64,000 nt of DNA from an uncultured Planctomycetota bacterium (GTDB taxonomy: Bacteria > Planctomycetota > B143-G9), in the NCBI GenBank assembly GCA_964571525.1, contig CAZNBY010000001.1, forward strand, positions 4,647 to 68,646, given 5' to 3'. Both the position numbers and the translations under genes were made by a program. Below are positions 37,354 through 47,152 of the stretch, in pieces. Positions within the stretch are counted from its first letter, which is position 1. Each line of letters opens with the position of its first letter. Below the pieces are notes generated by a model. It was not told the origin of the DNA. It made no database searches and worked only from the letters and a program-made list of their open reading frames with translations.

Positions 37354-38123
37354 TCGTAAAATATTGGCACTACCGCTGGACGCGATGACCCCGTCGGCTT
37401 CAAGATCTCACATTCCACACCAAACACTTTTAGCAGCGATTCCTTTGTAACAGCGGTTTCTGGTGCCCCATCTGATACGATATCGCCCCCTGCAATCATT
37501 ACAATTCTTGAAGCATATGCGAGCGCAAGGTTAATATCATGCGTCGCCGCGATGACCGTCGAGCCATTTGCCGAGAGCCTTGTCAATAGCGCAAACATCG
37601 CCGCACCTGAACGAAGGTCAAGCGAGGCCGCTGGTTCGTCAAGAATCATAATCGGTGCGTTTTGCGCGATAGCGCGTGCAAACGCAACGCGCCTGAACTC
37701 GCCACCCGACAGAGTCGTTAAGTCGCGGGACGCAAGATGAAGACAATCTGCCATTTCAAGCGCCGTCTTTGCGGTATTGACAGCTTGCGAAGAATCGAAG
37801 AAAGACCCCAAACCGCTTGATGCCTGCATAACCGCGGCGATCACCGTGTAACCCGGCGGAAAGGTCGGAAACTGCGGTAGATACGCGACCTTTTGCGAAA
37901 GCGCGAGCGGTGAAAGCGACTCTGCTGCCTGCCCCTCGATTTTCACGCAACCGCTGTTAGGTCTTACAAGCCCAGAAAGCACCCTCAGCAGCGTTGACTT
38001 TCCACAGCCATTCTGACCGGCGAGCGCAACAAACTCACCGCGCTGCACGGCCAAATTCAACCGCTCGAACACCTTTCGACCATTGTACGCAAAGGATATA
38101 GAATTCAGCTCGACTATGTTCAT
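37350..38123 (-). CDS. Fe-siderophore/cobalamin ABC transporter ATP-binding protein
   Basis: GQNGCGKST, LSGGE, ILDEP, ATHDINLA. Confidence 0.92.
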   Translation of the reverse strand: MNIVELNSISFAYNGRKVFERLNLAVQRGEFVALAGQNGCGKSTLLRVLSGLVRPNSGCVKIEGQAAESLSPLALSQKVAYLPQFPTFPPGYTVIAAVMQASSGLGSFFDSSQAVNTAKTALEMADCLHLASRDLTTLSGGEFRRVAFARAIAQNAPIMILDEPAASLDLRSGAAMFALLTRLSANGSTVIAATHDINLALAYASRIVMIAGGDIVSDGAPETAVTKESLLKVFGVECEILKPTGSSRPAVVPIFYD

Positions 38124-39142
38124 TCAGATATCACCCGTGACCGAGCTATCAGTATCAGTATGAAGACCGGCGCGCCGATAATTGCAGTTATAACCCCGAC
38201 CGGCATTTCGCTTGGTGACATAACTGTGCGCGCAACGGTATCGCATGCTATAAGCAAAGCACCCCCAAGTAGGGCTGAAGCCGGAATCAGCAACCTAAGG
38301 TCACCTCCCCACAGCTTTCTGGCTATGTGCGGCACAACAAGACCGACAAATCCAACCAATCCCGCCAAAGCCACGGCAACCGCAGACAATATTCCTGCCA
38401 TTGCAAGCGCGTATCGGCGCATTAAAGAGGCTCGAACTCCTAACGCAGTAGCCTCGTTAGTGGTGAGCATCAGAAGGTTAAGCCGCCTTGCGTCTATCAG
38501 AAGTGCAATTGTAAGCAGTATTGTAAGAAGTGCTGCGGGAACAAGATTCTGAGAGCCGTATGGAGAAATCGAAAATGACCCTAACAGCCACCGGTAGAAA
38601 GATATTAGCCCACCTTCCCCAAGGTACGAAGCGATGCAGATTATCAGCGAGCCGCACACTGCATTTATCATCACGCCTAACAGAATGACACCCTCCATGC
38701 CGATGCGGGGATACCGGTACTCGACAGACATCACCACGATCACAGCGCATAAGGCTCCAATGACAGCAAAACCCGCAACGCCGAACGACGACATACCGAT
38801 TAGTCCGCCCGTTGCCAGCACGAATAGCGCAGCGCCCACTCCCGCTCCTCCTGACACGCCTAATATGTAGGGCTCGGACAGCGGGTTGCACAAGACAGCC
38901 TGAAAAATTACGCCAGCAACCGACAAAGCCGCACCGGTGATAAGAGCCGCAATACTGCGCGAAAGCCTTTCATAGACTATTGCCCGGGCAACTTGCGAAC
39001 TATCACCCCCCGTTAATACACTTATCACCTCACCAATTGGCAATGACGAAGGACCTATAAGAAGCGCAAGCACCCCCACAACGCCGCATAAAACGACAAG
39101 CGATGAGACAAGCGCAATGAGGCGCGCAGGTGTTACCGTCAT
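38120..39142 (-). CDS. FecCD/BtuC-family permease
   Basis: NPLSEPYILGVSGGA, GLVGFVGLVVPHIAR, PVGVITAIIGAP. Confidence 0.92.
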   Translation of the reverse strand: MTVTPARLIALVSSLVVLCGVVGVLALLIGPSSLPIGEVISVLTGGDSSQVARAIVYERLSRSIAALITGAALSVAGVIFQAVLCNPLSEPYILGVSGGAGVGAALFVLATGGLIGMSSFGVAGFAVIGALCAVIVVMSVEYRYPRIGMEGVILLGVMINAVCGSLIICIASYLGEGGLISFYRWLLGSFSISPYGSQNLVPAALLTILLTIALLIDARRLNLLMLTTNEATALGVRASLMRRYALAMAGILSAVAVALAGLVGFVGLVVPHIARKLWGGDLRLLIPASALLGGALLIACDTVARTVMSPSEMPVGVITAIIGAPVFILILIARSRVISE

Positions 39143-40014
39143 CGTCTGGCCTTTTCGAGCGATGCGCGAATCTTATCATTAAGTTCGTGTATTGCAGCAG
39201 CAAGTCGTGGACCGGGGCGGGAGAACCTGTCTGGTTCAAGCTGGATTACAATCGTCGGCAAGTTTTCGCCCAAACGCTTTTTCAGCCACCCCTGTTCACC
39301 ACCTGACATATCGAATATGAACCCGGGCGGATTTGAAAGCAATATCTCCATCGAAATCTCGTTGTATCCCTTCAAGTTAACTGCGTTGGATAGCATTGAA
39401 CCCCGCAGAATATCGCTGTATAGAGTATCCGTTCCAGCGGCAAAAAGCGGGTCGCGCGCCACAATCCAAAGCACCTTATGCTCGCCCCAATAGTTGCTGT
39501 TAAGCCTAAATTCAGATGCTGCTGATTTAAGGTTTTGTGTTAGACTGTACGCTGCACGACGATGCCCGAGCAGATCACCTATTCGTTGCATTGAGTCACA
39601 AAGCTCGTCAATTGTCGCATCGGATATCGCAAGCAAGGGAATTTTGGCTTCCTCTAATTTCAAGGCTGTATCCAAGCGGTTGCCACCGGTTTTTGTGGCA
39701 ATTACCACATCGGGGCGAAGCGCGATAATCTTCTCAATGGAAGGCGAAGTCATCGAACCTACACTCTCAACGCCCGTTATATCCTCTGGATAATTGCATT
39801 GCTCGGTAATACCAACAAGGTTCTTCCTTCCACCGACAGCGCAGACAATCTCGGTGATGGAGGGAGCAAGCGAGACGATGCGTATCTTGTCGCCCATCTG
39901 CGCTGGAAGACCATCGGGAGCGATGTGATTGGGTGGCCCAGAAAACAACTGAAACACAGAAAACGACAGCAGCATTATGGCGACGATTATCACGCCAACG
40001 CGAAAGTACTTCAT
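39139..40014 (-). CDS. BtuF-like periplasmic binding protein
   Basis: RIVSLAPSITEIV, CNYPE, PSIEKIIALRPD, SRPGPRL; start at ATG 40014 (RBS GGAGG). Confidence 0.88.
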   Translation of the reverse strand: MKYFRVGVIIVAIMLLSFSVFQLFSGPPNHIAPDGLPAQMGDKIRIVSLAPSITEIVCAVGGRKNLVGITEQCNYPEDITGVESVGSMTSPSIEKIIALRPDVVIATKTGGNRLDTALKLEEAKIPLLAISDATIDELCDSMQRIGDLLGHRRAAYSLTQNLKSAASEFRLNSNYWGEHKVLWIVARDPLFAAGTDTLYSDILRGSMLSNAVNLKGYNEISMEILLSNPPGFIFDMSGGEQGWLKKRLGENLPTIVIQLEPDRFSRPGPRLAAAIHELNDKIRASLEKARR

Positions 40015-40151
40015 AAGCCTCCGATGATTGCGATCATTCACGGCCAATTTTACACATTTCGTCATCGTAAGCGACTGACCAAGACGAAGGGGTGGATGCA
40101 GCAGGATTTCATTTTCGTTGCACTGTTATCTCATACGATATAATGAGATAT

Positions 40152-40820
40152 ATGACAACTGAATACACCAAACCGTTTGTGTTGTCCAAATCTTCGGCTC
40201 AAGATGCTGTGGCGGTATGCGCTGGCGAGCTAAAGGATACCGTACACCTTGCCCGATTGTGCCGCAGCGCAAAGATTGTCGCGGCGGTTGATGCTGGTTA
40301 CGAGCGTCTGAAATCCGCGGGAATATCGCCCTCCCTCTGGCTGGGTGATGGCGATTCTTACTCCGGCGAGACACCTGAGTGCCAGCGGATTGAGTTTGAT
40401 CCCGATAAAGACCGCTCAGACACCGAGCTTATGGTGCTTGAACTTCTTGGGCGCGGGCACCAATCCGTTGCGCTTGCCTGCGCAACTGGTGGAAGGCTCG
40501 ACCACACCTTTGCGAATCTACAGCTTCTTGTTAAATATCCTCTTCGCACATTTCTTACCGAGCCTGATACGCTTGCTTTCGGTTTATCGCATAAAATGGC
40601 TGTCGAGCTTTTTTCGTTTGTCGGCCACGAAATCTCGGTTTTTGCGCTTGGCGAACCCGCGTGCGGCGTGGGAATATCGGGGACAAAATGGCCGATGGCG
40701 CGCCAAGACCTTTTGCTTGGCACACTTGGCCTCAGCAATGTGATAGTTCAAGAGACAGCAAGCATCTCGGTAGAAAGCGGTTGCCTGTTGGTATTCATAA
40801 ACCTTGGTGACGAGCGCTGA
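40152..40820 (+). CDS. thiN: thiamine diphosphokinase
   Basis: AVDAG, GDGDS, DKDRSDTEL, GGRLDHTFANL, LGLSN; ATG is 7 nt after TATAAT. Confidence 0.88.
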   Translation: MTTEYTKPFVLSKSSAQDAVAVCAGELKDTVHLARLCRSAKIVAAVDAGYERLKSAGISPSLWLGDGDSYSGETPECQRIEFDPDKDRSDTELMVLELLGRGHQSVALACATGGRLDHTFANLQLLVKYPLRTFLTEPDTLAFGLSHKMAVELFSFVGHEISVFALGEPACGVGISGTKWPMARQDLLLGTLGLSNVIVQETASISVESGCLLVFINLGDER

Positions 40821-41497
40821 TGGGCAGCACTTTCGATTTCGGCACGATTGCGGGCGAGTACGACCTATGGTACAACACCCAACTCGGACGCGAATACGAC
40901 CGCGAGGAAAAGGAAATGGTTCGCACCGCCCTGCGCAACTCAGGTGCGAGGGGATCGCTACTTGAAATTGGCTGCGGTACAGGTCATTGGTGCGAATTCT
41001 TCATCGCGCTTGGTTTTTCAGTAAGCGGAGTTGACATATCATCTGAAATGCTCGAACGGGCGAAGATTCGCGTTCCATCCGCCCGTCTTGTTCTATGCGA
41101 TGCCGAATCACTGCCCTTTGCTGACGGAGAGTTCGATGCAGTGGCTGCCATAACGGTGCTCGAATTCACCGCGGAACCTCATAAAGTACTAAAGGAAGCA
41201 GCGCGCTGCCTAAGGCCGGGCGGTGTGATTATAATAGGCGCGTTGCACCTTAACTCCCCACTTGGTAAACACCTCGTTGATAATCCATCGCCACCCTACA
41301 GCAGCGGTCGCCTGATGTCGAAGACCGAAATTTCCATCCTGCTTACTGACGCCGGATTTGCGTCGGTAAGAGTTACTGAAGGCTGCAGACTGTTTGGAGG
41401 ACAGGGCGCGATAGGCGCGACGGCGGTTCACGCCGCGCTTGCTCGACCAGTTTCCCAGCCCGGCGATTTTCTTGTCGCTGCTGCCGTTCGTATCTGA
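40820..41497 (+). CDS. class I SAM-dependent methyltransferase
   Basis: LLEIGCGTG, GVDISSEML, CDAESLPFADGEFD, LRPGG. Confidence 0.9.
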   Translation: MGSTFDFGTIAGEYDLWYNTQLGREYDREEKEMVRTALRNSGARGSLLEIGCGTGHWCEFFIALGFSVSGVDISSEMLERAKIRVPSARLVLCDAESLPFADGEFDAVAAITVLEFTAEPHKVLKEAARCLRPGGVIIIGALHLNSPLGKHLVDNPSPPYSSGRLMSKTEISILLTDAGFASVRVTEGCRLFGGQGAIGATAVHAALARPVSQPGDFLVAAAVRI

Positions 41498-41534
41498 TTC
41501 CCTTTCGTTTTCAACCTATCAAAGGAGGTGAGGT

Positions 41535-41786
41535 ATGGTGTCGTTTCAAGTGAGCATCTACCCTCTTGATGGAAACATTGCAAAGCGAATAGACCTTTTC
41601 ACCGGCGTTCTTGCCCGGCATGGCTTATCGTTTGATGTTGGCTCTATGTCAACCGTCGTTCGTGGTACTTTTGCGGAGGTTTGGCCTGCCCTGCAGGAGG
41701 CCTATGGTGCTGTTGCGGCCCGGCATCCAATTGTGATGACGCTCACGGTTTCGAACGCTTGCGGGACCGTAACTTCTGGTGAATAG
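41535..41786 (+). CDS. YkoF/MTH1187-type thiamine-binding protein
   Basis: QVSIYPL, VGSMSTVVRG, VMTLTVSNAC; RBS GGAGGTGAGGT. Confidence 0.8.
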   Translation: MVSFQVSIYPLDGNIAKRIDLFTGVLARHGLSFDVGSMSTVVRGTFAEVWPALQEAYGAVAARHPIVMTLTVSNACGTVTSGE

Positions 41787-41800
41787 CGGATTCCCTTCTG

Positions 41801-42373
41801 TTACCGGAACTGGCATTGCAGCTTGAACTTAACATTCTGAGTATCGCATCGTGATGGATTCTCGGCACCTGAGATGAGCTTGACCTGAAACCCCTTCAGG
41901 CTCTGTTCGTACAACTCTTTTATCTGCTGCTGCTCCAACCCATCGGCCAAAAAGTAATTCCCGTCTTCATCAACAAAATGTGCGGCGTTTCGCCCGACAC
42001 TGGGTATAGGAACCGCTATATACACATAACGGTTTGCCTCTCCCTCACTGTTACCGTTCGTATCGTCTGAAAAATAGTAGTAATGGTAACCGCCCATTAC
42101 CGGATTGTGGTCAAAATACGCGCCGAACTTCACTGTACCATTCTCCCAGTAGCCGAAGTTCTCCTTCTCCTTAGCGTACGACCGCGCGGCCTTGCCGAAA
42201 TTGCGCAGCGTCCGCTTCTGCAGGTTAGTCCATGGGCACAGGCATCCATAGAAAACCGAGTGTAATACACAACAGATCAACGCTATTATCGCGATGATTA
42301 GCAGCGGCAGCAGTATCCCCGACGGATGCTTCATCCACACCTCTCCATGTAACACCCAAGGCGAACTACTCAA
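41801..42373 (-). CDS. hypothetical membrane-anchored, pilin-like protein
   Basis: N-terminal hydrophobic helix; GYHYYY...YIAVP..GR..HFVDEDG tail; no canonical G/FxxxE cleavage motif. Confidence 0.55.
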   Translation of the reverse strand: MSSSPWVLHGEVWMKHPSGILLPLLIIAIIALICCVLHSVFYGCLCPWTNLQKRTLRNFGKAARSYAKEKENFGYWENGTVKFGAYFDHNPVMGGYHYYYFSDDTNGNSEGEANRYVYIAVPIPSVGRNAAHFVDEDGNYFLADGLEQQQIKELYEQSLKGFQVKLISGAENPSRCDTQNVKFKLQCQFR

Positions 42374-42399
42374 TACTTATATGTGTCAATCTCAATCAT

Positions 42400-43260
42400 T
42401 CAGCCTCGTGCCAACTTGACCACAAGGCTCTTAAGATCATCGTCAGATCTCGCTGAAAAGAAACCTATCTTGAGCGATGCGAACTTCGCTCTTAACTCTT
42501 CGACGCGTGCAGCGAACAGCTCTCGAAAGCGGTTTGCCGCCTCTTCACCCACAAATCCGACAAGAGACTCGCCTGTCTCGCTGTCCTCTAATCGAACGCT
42601 GCCAAGCGGTTCAGGATTGTGCTCGTGCGGGGTCGAAATGTGAACCGCGCACAGACTTGCGCCGCGCGCTGCAACGGGGCGTAAAACATCGAAAGGCTCA
42701 TTCTCGAACCACATATCAGATAACAACACTGCCTCGCTTTTTCGCGAAACATTTTCAAGCGCGATTGCTGAAGACCGGTCCAACTCAGTCTTCCCGCCAA
42801 ATTCGGCGCTCTCCAACCGCTGGGCAAGGTGATGCACAGAATGTTTGCCCTCCATCGGGCCTATTCGCTCTGCGTTACCGTCCTTCATCACCCAGACAGT
42901 CAATCGGTCGGCACCGCAAAGCGCAAGATACCCAAGCGATGCAGTTAATCTAAGCGCAAAGATGCGCTTTTCATCTGGTGTGGCCATTGACGCGCTGCAA
43001 TCAAGCAGAAGATGCACATCACCCGCGATCGAACGCGCAAAAACCTTCAATACAAGTTCGTCGAGCCTTAGATAGGGCTTCCAGTCAATGCGCCGAAGGT
43101 CATCACCTTGTTGATACTGGCGATAGTCCGCAAATTCCTCGTTGCCACCCCGCAATACGCCCTTGCGTCCGCCTGACGACATGCCACCGCCACCGCCGCG
43201 CCTTACAACCGCGGCGACCGCCTCAAGCAATGATATCAGTTCCGCATCAAGCAACTGCAT
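42400..43260 (-). CDS. DUF58 (vWA-like) protein
   Basis: EFADYRQYQQGDDLRRIDWK, LLDCSASM, LLSD. Confidence 0.9.
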   Translation of the reverse strand: MQLLDAELISLLEAVAAVVRRGGGGGMSSGGRKGVLRGGNEEFADYRQYQQGDDLRRIDWKPYLRLDELVLKVFARSIAGDVHLLLDCSASMATPDEKRIFALRLTASLGYLALCGADRLTVWVMKDGNAERIGPMEGKHSVHHLAQRLESAEFGGKTELDRSSAIALENVSRKSEAVLLSDMWFENEPFDVLRPVAARGASLCAVHISTPHEHNPEPLGSVRLEDSETGESLVGFVGEEAANRFRELFAARVEELRAKFASLKIGFFSARSDDDLKSLVVKLARG

Positions 43261-43262
43261 GT

Positions 43263-45314
43263 CTATCCCACCGTCGAGCGTGTCTCGCTCTTGCCGTACA
43301 GCCGTTCTATCTCTGCTTTAAAGACATCCCCCGGGCGATACCCCTTCTCAACCAATTCGAAGGCGTCCTCGTGCGCGAGCTTGAGAAGGTCGAAGTCGCT
43401 TTCGAGCGAACCCCACCGAAGAGCAGGTGCGCCGTGCTGCTTTGTCCCCAATATCTCGCCCGGGCCGCGCATCTTAAGGTCTTCTTCGGCAATCTTAAAA
43501 CCGTCGTTCGTCGAGCAAAACACATCCAATCGCTGCCGCGACTCATCAGATTTCAAATCAGCAACACAAAGGCAATACGAGAGCCTTGTGCCTCGCCCCA
43601 CCCTTCCGCGCAACTGGTGCAGCGTCGCAAGGCCGAACCGTTCAGCCCGCTCGATTATCATAACAGACGCGTTTGGCACATCAACGCCGACCTCAATAAT
43701 CACTGTTGAGACCAGCACATCTAACTTGCCCTCGCGAAACGCGTCCATCACCTGTTCTCGTTCGGCTGTTGACATACGACCGTGCGCAAGCCCCACTCGC
43801 CAGCCATTATACACATCCTCGCGCAGCCTGTCATACACCGAAATCGCCGAATGAAGATCGTCACCGTCCTCTGTGCTGTCTATCATCGGGCATACAACAA
43901 AGACCTGCCCGCCCGATTTAAGGCTCTCTAATGCAAGGGCGTGGGCGCGATATTCGGCATCAAGCGGATATCTTAGCGTGCGCACAGGTTTTCTTCCCGG
44001 CGGCAGTTCATCAATAATCGAAAGGTCGAGATCGCCGAACAAAGTCATCGAGAGCGTGCGCGGGATTGGCGTGGCTGTCATCACAAGGGTATCGAGCGCG
44101 ATGCCCTTCTTTCGCAACTGCGAGCGCTGGTCAACGCCGAAGCGGTGCTGCTCGTCAATTACCGCAAGGCCCAGATCGGCAAATGCAACATCCTCGGTCA
44201 GCAGCGAATGGGTGCCGACCACTATATTGACCTCACCCGCGGCAAGCGCTTTCTTCACACGCTCACGCTCTGAGGCCGCAAGCGAGCCTGTCAGTAATTC
44301 AATATGAACTCGCGAACCGTCAAGAAACTTCGACACAGTCGCAAAGTGCTGCTGTGCCAATACATCTGTGGGGGCAAGAAACGCGACCTGCTGTTTGTTT
44401 GCAACTGTCAGAAGTGCTGCATACAGCGCGACCGCCGTCTTGCCAGAGCCCACATCGCCCTGCAGCAGGCGGTTCATGGGAAACTCTGACTCCATGTCTG
44501 CGACTATCTCCTTCACGACTCGGTTCTGAGCGTCGGTGAATTCGAATGGAAATCGCGCCCGAATCCGCGATTCGATATGCGGCGTGTGGGTCTTAGTGCG
44601 CCGTTTTGTCACAGCGCGGTAGTACTTCCGCCAAAGCGCGCTGCGCACCTGTATGACAAAGAATTCTTCGTACACAAAGCGCTTGCGCGCACTGTTTAGC
44701 TTTTCGGGGTCTGAAGGAAAGTGCATTTCGTAAAGCGATTCGCGGCGTGAGAGGAATTTGTGCCGCGCAACCAGCTCTGCGGGTAATATTTCGCTTACTT
44801 CACACGCATACTTGGCAAGTGCCTCTTTAAGCACATTGATCCACAGTGTCTCACCAAAGCCCTCAATCTCGCTGTACACCGGCACAATGCGGTTTGCGCG
44901 TCTCGTCTCGTCTCGAACAGGCTCGATAATTGGGTGGGTAAATGTGAAGCCCGAACGGTAGATCACACGCCCGCATATATACACCTCTTCGCCCGGGCGA
45001 TATGCGTCAAGACCCTTCAGCGGTTGAAACCATATTGCGGTCACCGAGCTTGTGTTGTCTGCGACCACCATCTTGTGCCGAACGCGCCCAAATCGGCTTC
45101 CGTGCATGTTCTTCAATATGCGCCCGCGCACAACAACCTCCTCACCCTCCGACAAATGCACCATCTGCTTCACATTTGTGAAATCCCGGTATTTGCGCGG
45201 AAAGGTGAACAGCAGGTCATACACCGTCAGTATGCCCTTTTTGGCAAGCGCCTCTGCGCGCCGTTCGCCAACACCCTTCACATATTGAACTGGGGTCGTC
45301 ATAGACAATGCCAT
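43263..45314 (-). CDS. recG: ATP-dependent DNA helicase RecG
   Basis: VKGVG, RLLQGDVGSGKT, DEQHRFG, MTATPIPR, LHQLRGRVGRG, DLKMRGPGE. Confidence 0.97.
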   Translation of the reverse strand: MALSMTTPVQYVKGVGERRAEALAKKGILTVYDLLFTFPRKYRDFTNVKQMVHLSEGEEVVVRGRILKNMHGSRFGRVRHKMVVADNTSSVTAIWFQPLKGLDAYRPGEEVYICGRVIYRSGFTFTHPIIEPVRDETRRANRIVPVYSEIEGFGETLWINVLKEALAKYACEVSEILPAELVARHKFLSRRESLYEMHFPSDPEKLNSARKRFVYEEFFVIQVRSALWRKYYRAVTKRRTKTHTPHIESRIRARFPFEFTDAQNRVVKEIVADMESEFPMNRLLQGDVGSGKTAVALYAALLTVANKQQVAFLAPTDVLAQQHFATVSKFLDGSRVHIELLTGSLAASERERVKKALAAGEVNIVVGTHSLLTEDVAFADLGLAVIDEQHRFGVDQRSQLRKKGIALDTLVMTATPIPRTLSMTLFGDLDLSIIDELPPGRKPVRTLRYPLDAEYRAHALALESLKSGGQVFVVCPMIDSTEDGDDLHSAISVYDRLREDVYNGWRVGLAHGRMSTAEREQVMDAFREGKLDVLVSTVIIEVGVDVPNASVMIIERAERFGLATLHQLRGRVGRGTRLSYCLCVADLKSDESRQRLDVFCSTNDGFKIAEEDLKMRGPGEILGTKQHGAPALRWGSLESDFDLLKLAHEDAFELVEKGYRPGDVFKAEIERLYGKSETRSTVG

Positions 45315-45499
45315 GCGCTTATTATATAGCACAGATGTGTTTTCGCCACACATAAGCGGGGATAAGCGGGTGCAACCCTGACGGATAATGCAGAACAGCA
45401 CTTCGTCTGCATCAGCATAAAAGTGGAACAGATATCATCTCAATCCAATTCAGCATCAAGTATTGCTTCGCTGGCGGCACTACTCGCTGCGGCAAATTC

Positions 45500-45523
45500 A
45501 AAAAACCCCACCCGCCGGGTGGG
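45500..45523 (-). terminator. intrinsic terminator of the redoxin gene
   Basis: CCCACCC-GGC-GGGTGGG followed by G and T run. Confidence 0.75.
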
Positions 45524-45535
45524 ATGTTATTCGCG

Positions 45536-46516
45536 TCAACCACCTGCCGCGTCTATCTGCTTGCCTGATGTCTCCATACCGAGCATCGCGCGCGCACTGT
45601 CGAGTACCGCTTCAACTGCAAATGCCCCCGTCGCGCACACTACAAGGTCCGAATCAAGCATATAGAAAAACGGCACCGCGTCAACGCCGAACTGCGCCGA
45701 ATATGCGCCGTCGGCATCAACAAGTACAGGTATCCCCGGAGCCTTATCGTTATAGGGCTTTGCGATCTTCGCTGCGGGCTGGCGCATGTTCACAACGGCG
45801 AGCTTAACTCCCAACTCGGCAAGCTTTGCTGACAGCGATTTTAGGTTTTTCATCTCTTCGACAGAATACGGGCATGTAGTGGTGCCAAAGAAGACAACAA
45901 GGCCCTTTTCGCCTTTAAGGTCGTCGAGTGTCGCGGTCTTGCCGTCAAGCATCTGAAGCGATGCGATGGGTGCGTCTGCGCCTATTTCGATGTGCTTTAC
46001 CGAATAGTCGGTGGTGTCGGCGGGATTTGCAGCAATCTTATCCAATATCGCCGCAACATTGTCAGCGTCATAACCGCCGGCAAACCGTTTGTTGCCGTTC
46101 GGGTCGAAAATGTAGATCGTGGGATAATACACAAAGTCGAGTTCTGTGGCAACAGCGCGAATTGTGTCAATCCGCTGGGGAAAGGCGCCGCTCCAATTCT
46201 TCACGGGCTGAAACTTGCCATCTGTTGTCGGCACATCAAGCCTAAGCAGCGCGACATTCTGCGGGTTGTTGCTCGCGAGCTTTGTCATGTCGGCGGTTGC
46301 GCGACGCGTTCCCGGGCAGCCTTCTATACCGAGCAGCAGGATGAGCGAACGCCCCTTGCTCGCCGCAAGTATATCTGACAGCGCGTTTATATTTTTAGGA
46401 AAGCCGTCAATCTTACCCGGAGCAGGCGATTCGGGTTTCTTGCCGCAGCAGAAAAAGTAAAGCCCGCCACCCACCGCTATCAACACTAAGACCGCAATTA
46501 CGATTGCCTTCTTCAT
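45536..46516 (-). CDS. membrane-anchored protein with tandem thioredoxin-like (TlpA/AhpC) domains
   Basis: N-terminal anchor; EGCPGT and TTCPYS sites; YYPTIYIFD.NG and VPFFYMLD cis-Pro loops. Confidence 0.8.
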   Translation of the reverse strand: MKKAIVIAVLVLIAVGGGLYFFCCGKKPESPAPGKIDGFPKNINALSDILAASKGRSLILLLGIEGCPGTRRATADMTKLASNNPQNVALLRLDVPTTDGKFQPVKNWSGAFPQRIDTIRAVATELDFVYYPTIYIFDPNGNKRFAGGYDADNVAAILDKIAANPADTTDYSVKHIEIGADAPIASLQMLDGKTATLDDLKGEKGLVVFFGTTTCPYSVEEMKNLKSLSAKLAELGVKLAVVNMRQPAAKIAKPYNDKAPGIPVLVDADGAYSAQFGVDAVPFFYMLDSDLVVCATGAFAVEAVLDSARAMLGMETSGKQIDAAGG

Positions 46517-46588
46517 GGTGTACCCGCTTGTGTAAAAGTAGATGCTCAAGGACACAATATGCGAAACCTGCTTGCATCATGCCATTAC

Positions 46589-47152
46589 TCAGCACGATGC
46601 TTTGCATATTAACTGCTTGAATCGAATTGCACTTCCGCTTGATATCTTCAACATTCTATCAGGCGTATCGTTACACTCAGATTTGTTAACTGTCGGTCTC
46701 TTTCGACTTGAACCTGTCTTGACGCTGACATACCTGTGCTTCGCATCCTTCAGAAAGCCTCTGCTTTCCCAGAACTCACGGGCAATTGATGTGCAATAGT
46801 CAATCAGGCACCTTGCGCCCTTTAACTGGCAAACTCGCTTCCATTCCGTTTCACTGCCTCCCTTCATCTCGATATAGACGATATATGATTCATCGTCTTC
46901 AAATGCAATTAGGATAAAGTCAGCACGGCAACATTCGCCCTTTTCTCCCTTGAATACGCTGCTCGGATCAGGCCACATGTCGGCCCTGAATATAAACGAG
47001 TCCTCTGGGATTCCGTCAATGGTGACCTTTGACTTCTCGTTCTTCGGTTCCTCCAAGTCGGCAGAATACCTCTTCGATCCCCTTCTTGTCATAACCAACG
47101 CGCTGTCCTTTATCAACTCCTTTAGAATTTCAAGGTCAGTCATTGCTTTCAT
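46589..47152 (-). CDS. putative PD-(D/E)xK nuclease
   Basis: CRADFILI...YIEMKG motif; overlaps the ATPase stop; start at 47152 after GGGGAG. Confidence 0.6.
   Translation of the reverse strand: MKAMTDLEILKELIKDSALVMTRRGSKRYSADLEEPKNEKSKVTIDGIPEDSFIFRADMWPDPSSVFKGEKGECCRADFILIAFEDDESYIVYIEMKGGSETEWKRVCQLKGARCLIDYCTSIAREFWESRGFLKDAKHRYVSVKTGSSRKRPTVNKSECNDTPDRMLKISSGSAIRFKQLICKASC

Noticed and set aside
40015-40151. TPP or cobalamin riboswitch between the ABC importer and thiN
   Set aside because: No CTGAGA/ACCTGAT or B12-box consensus; gap is short and thiN looks leaderless
42400-43260. Complete MoxR-DUF58-vWA chaperone operon
   Set aside because: No MoxR ATPase or vWA partner adjacent; DUF58 simply follows recG
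45500-45538. C-terminal selenocysteine (AAGG-TGA) with downstream hairpin as SECIS
   Set aside because: Read-through would add only U-R-E; the hairpin is followed by a T run and is better explained as a terminator; no sel genes in the window
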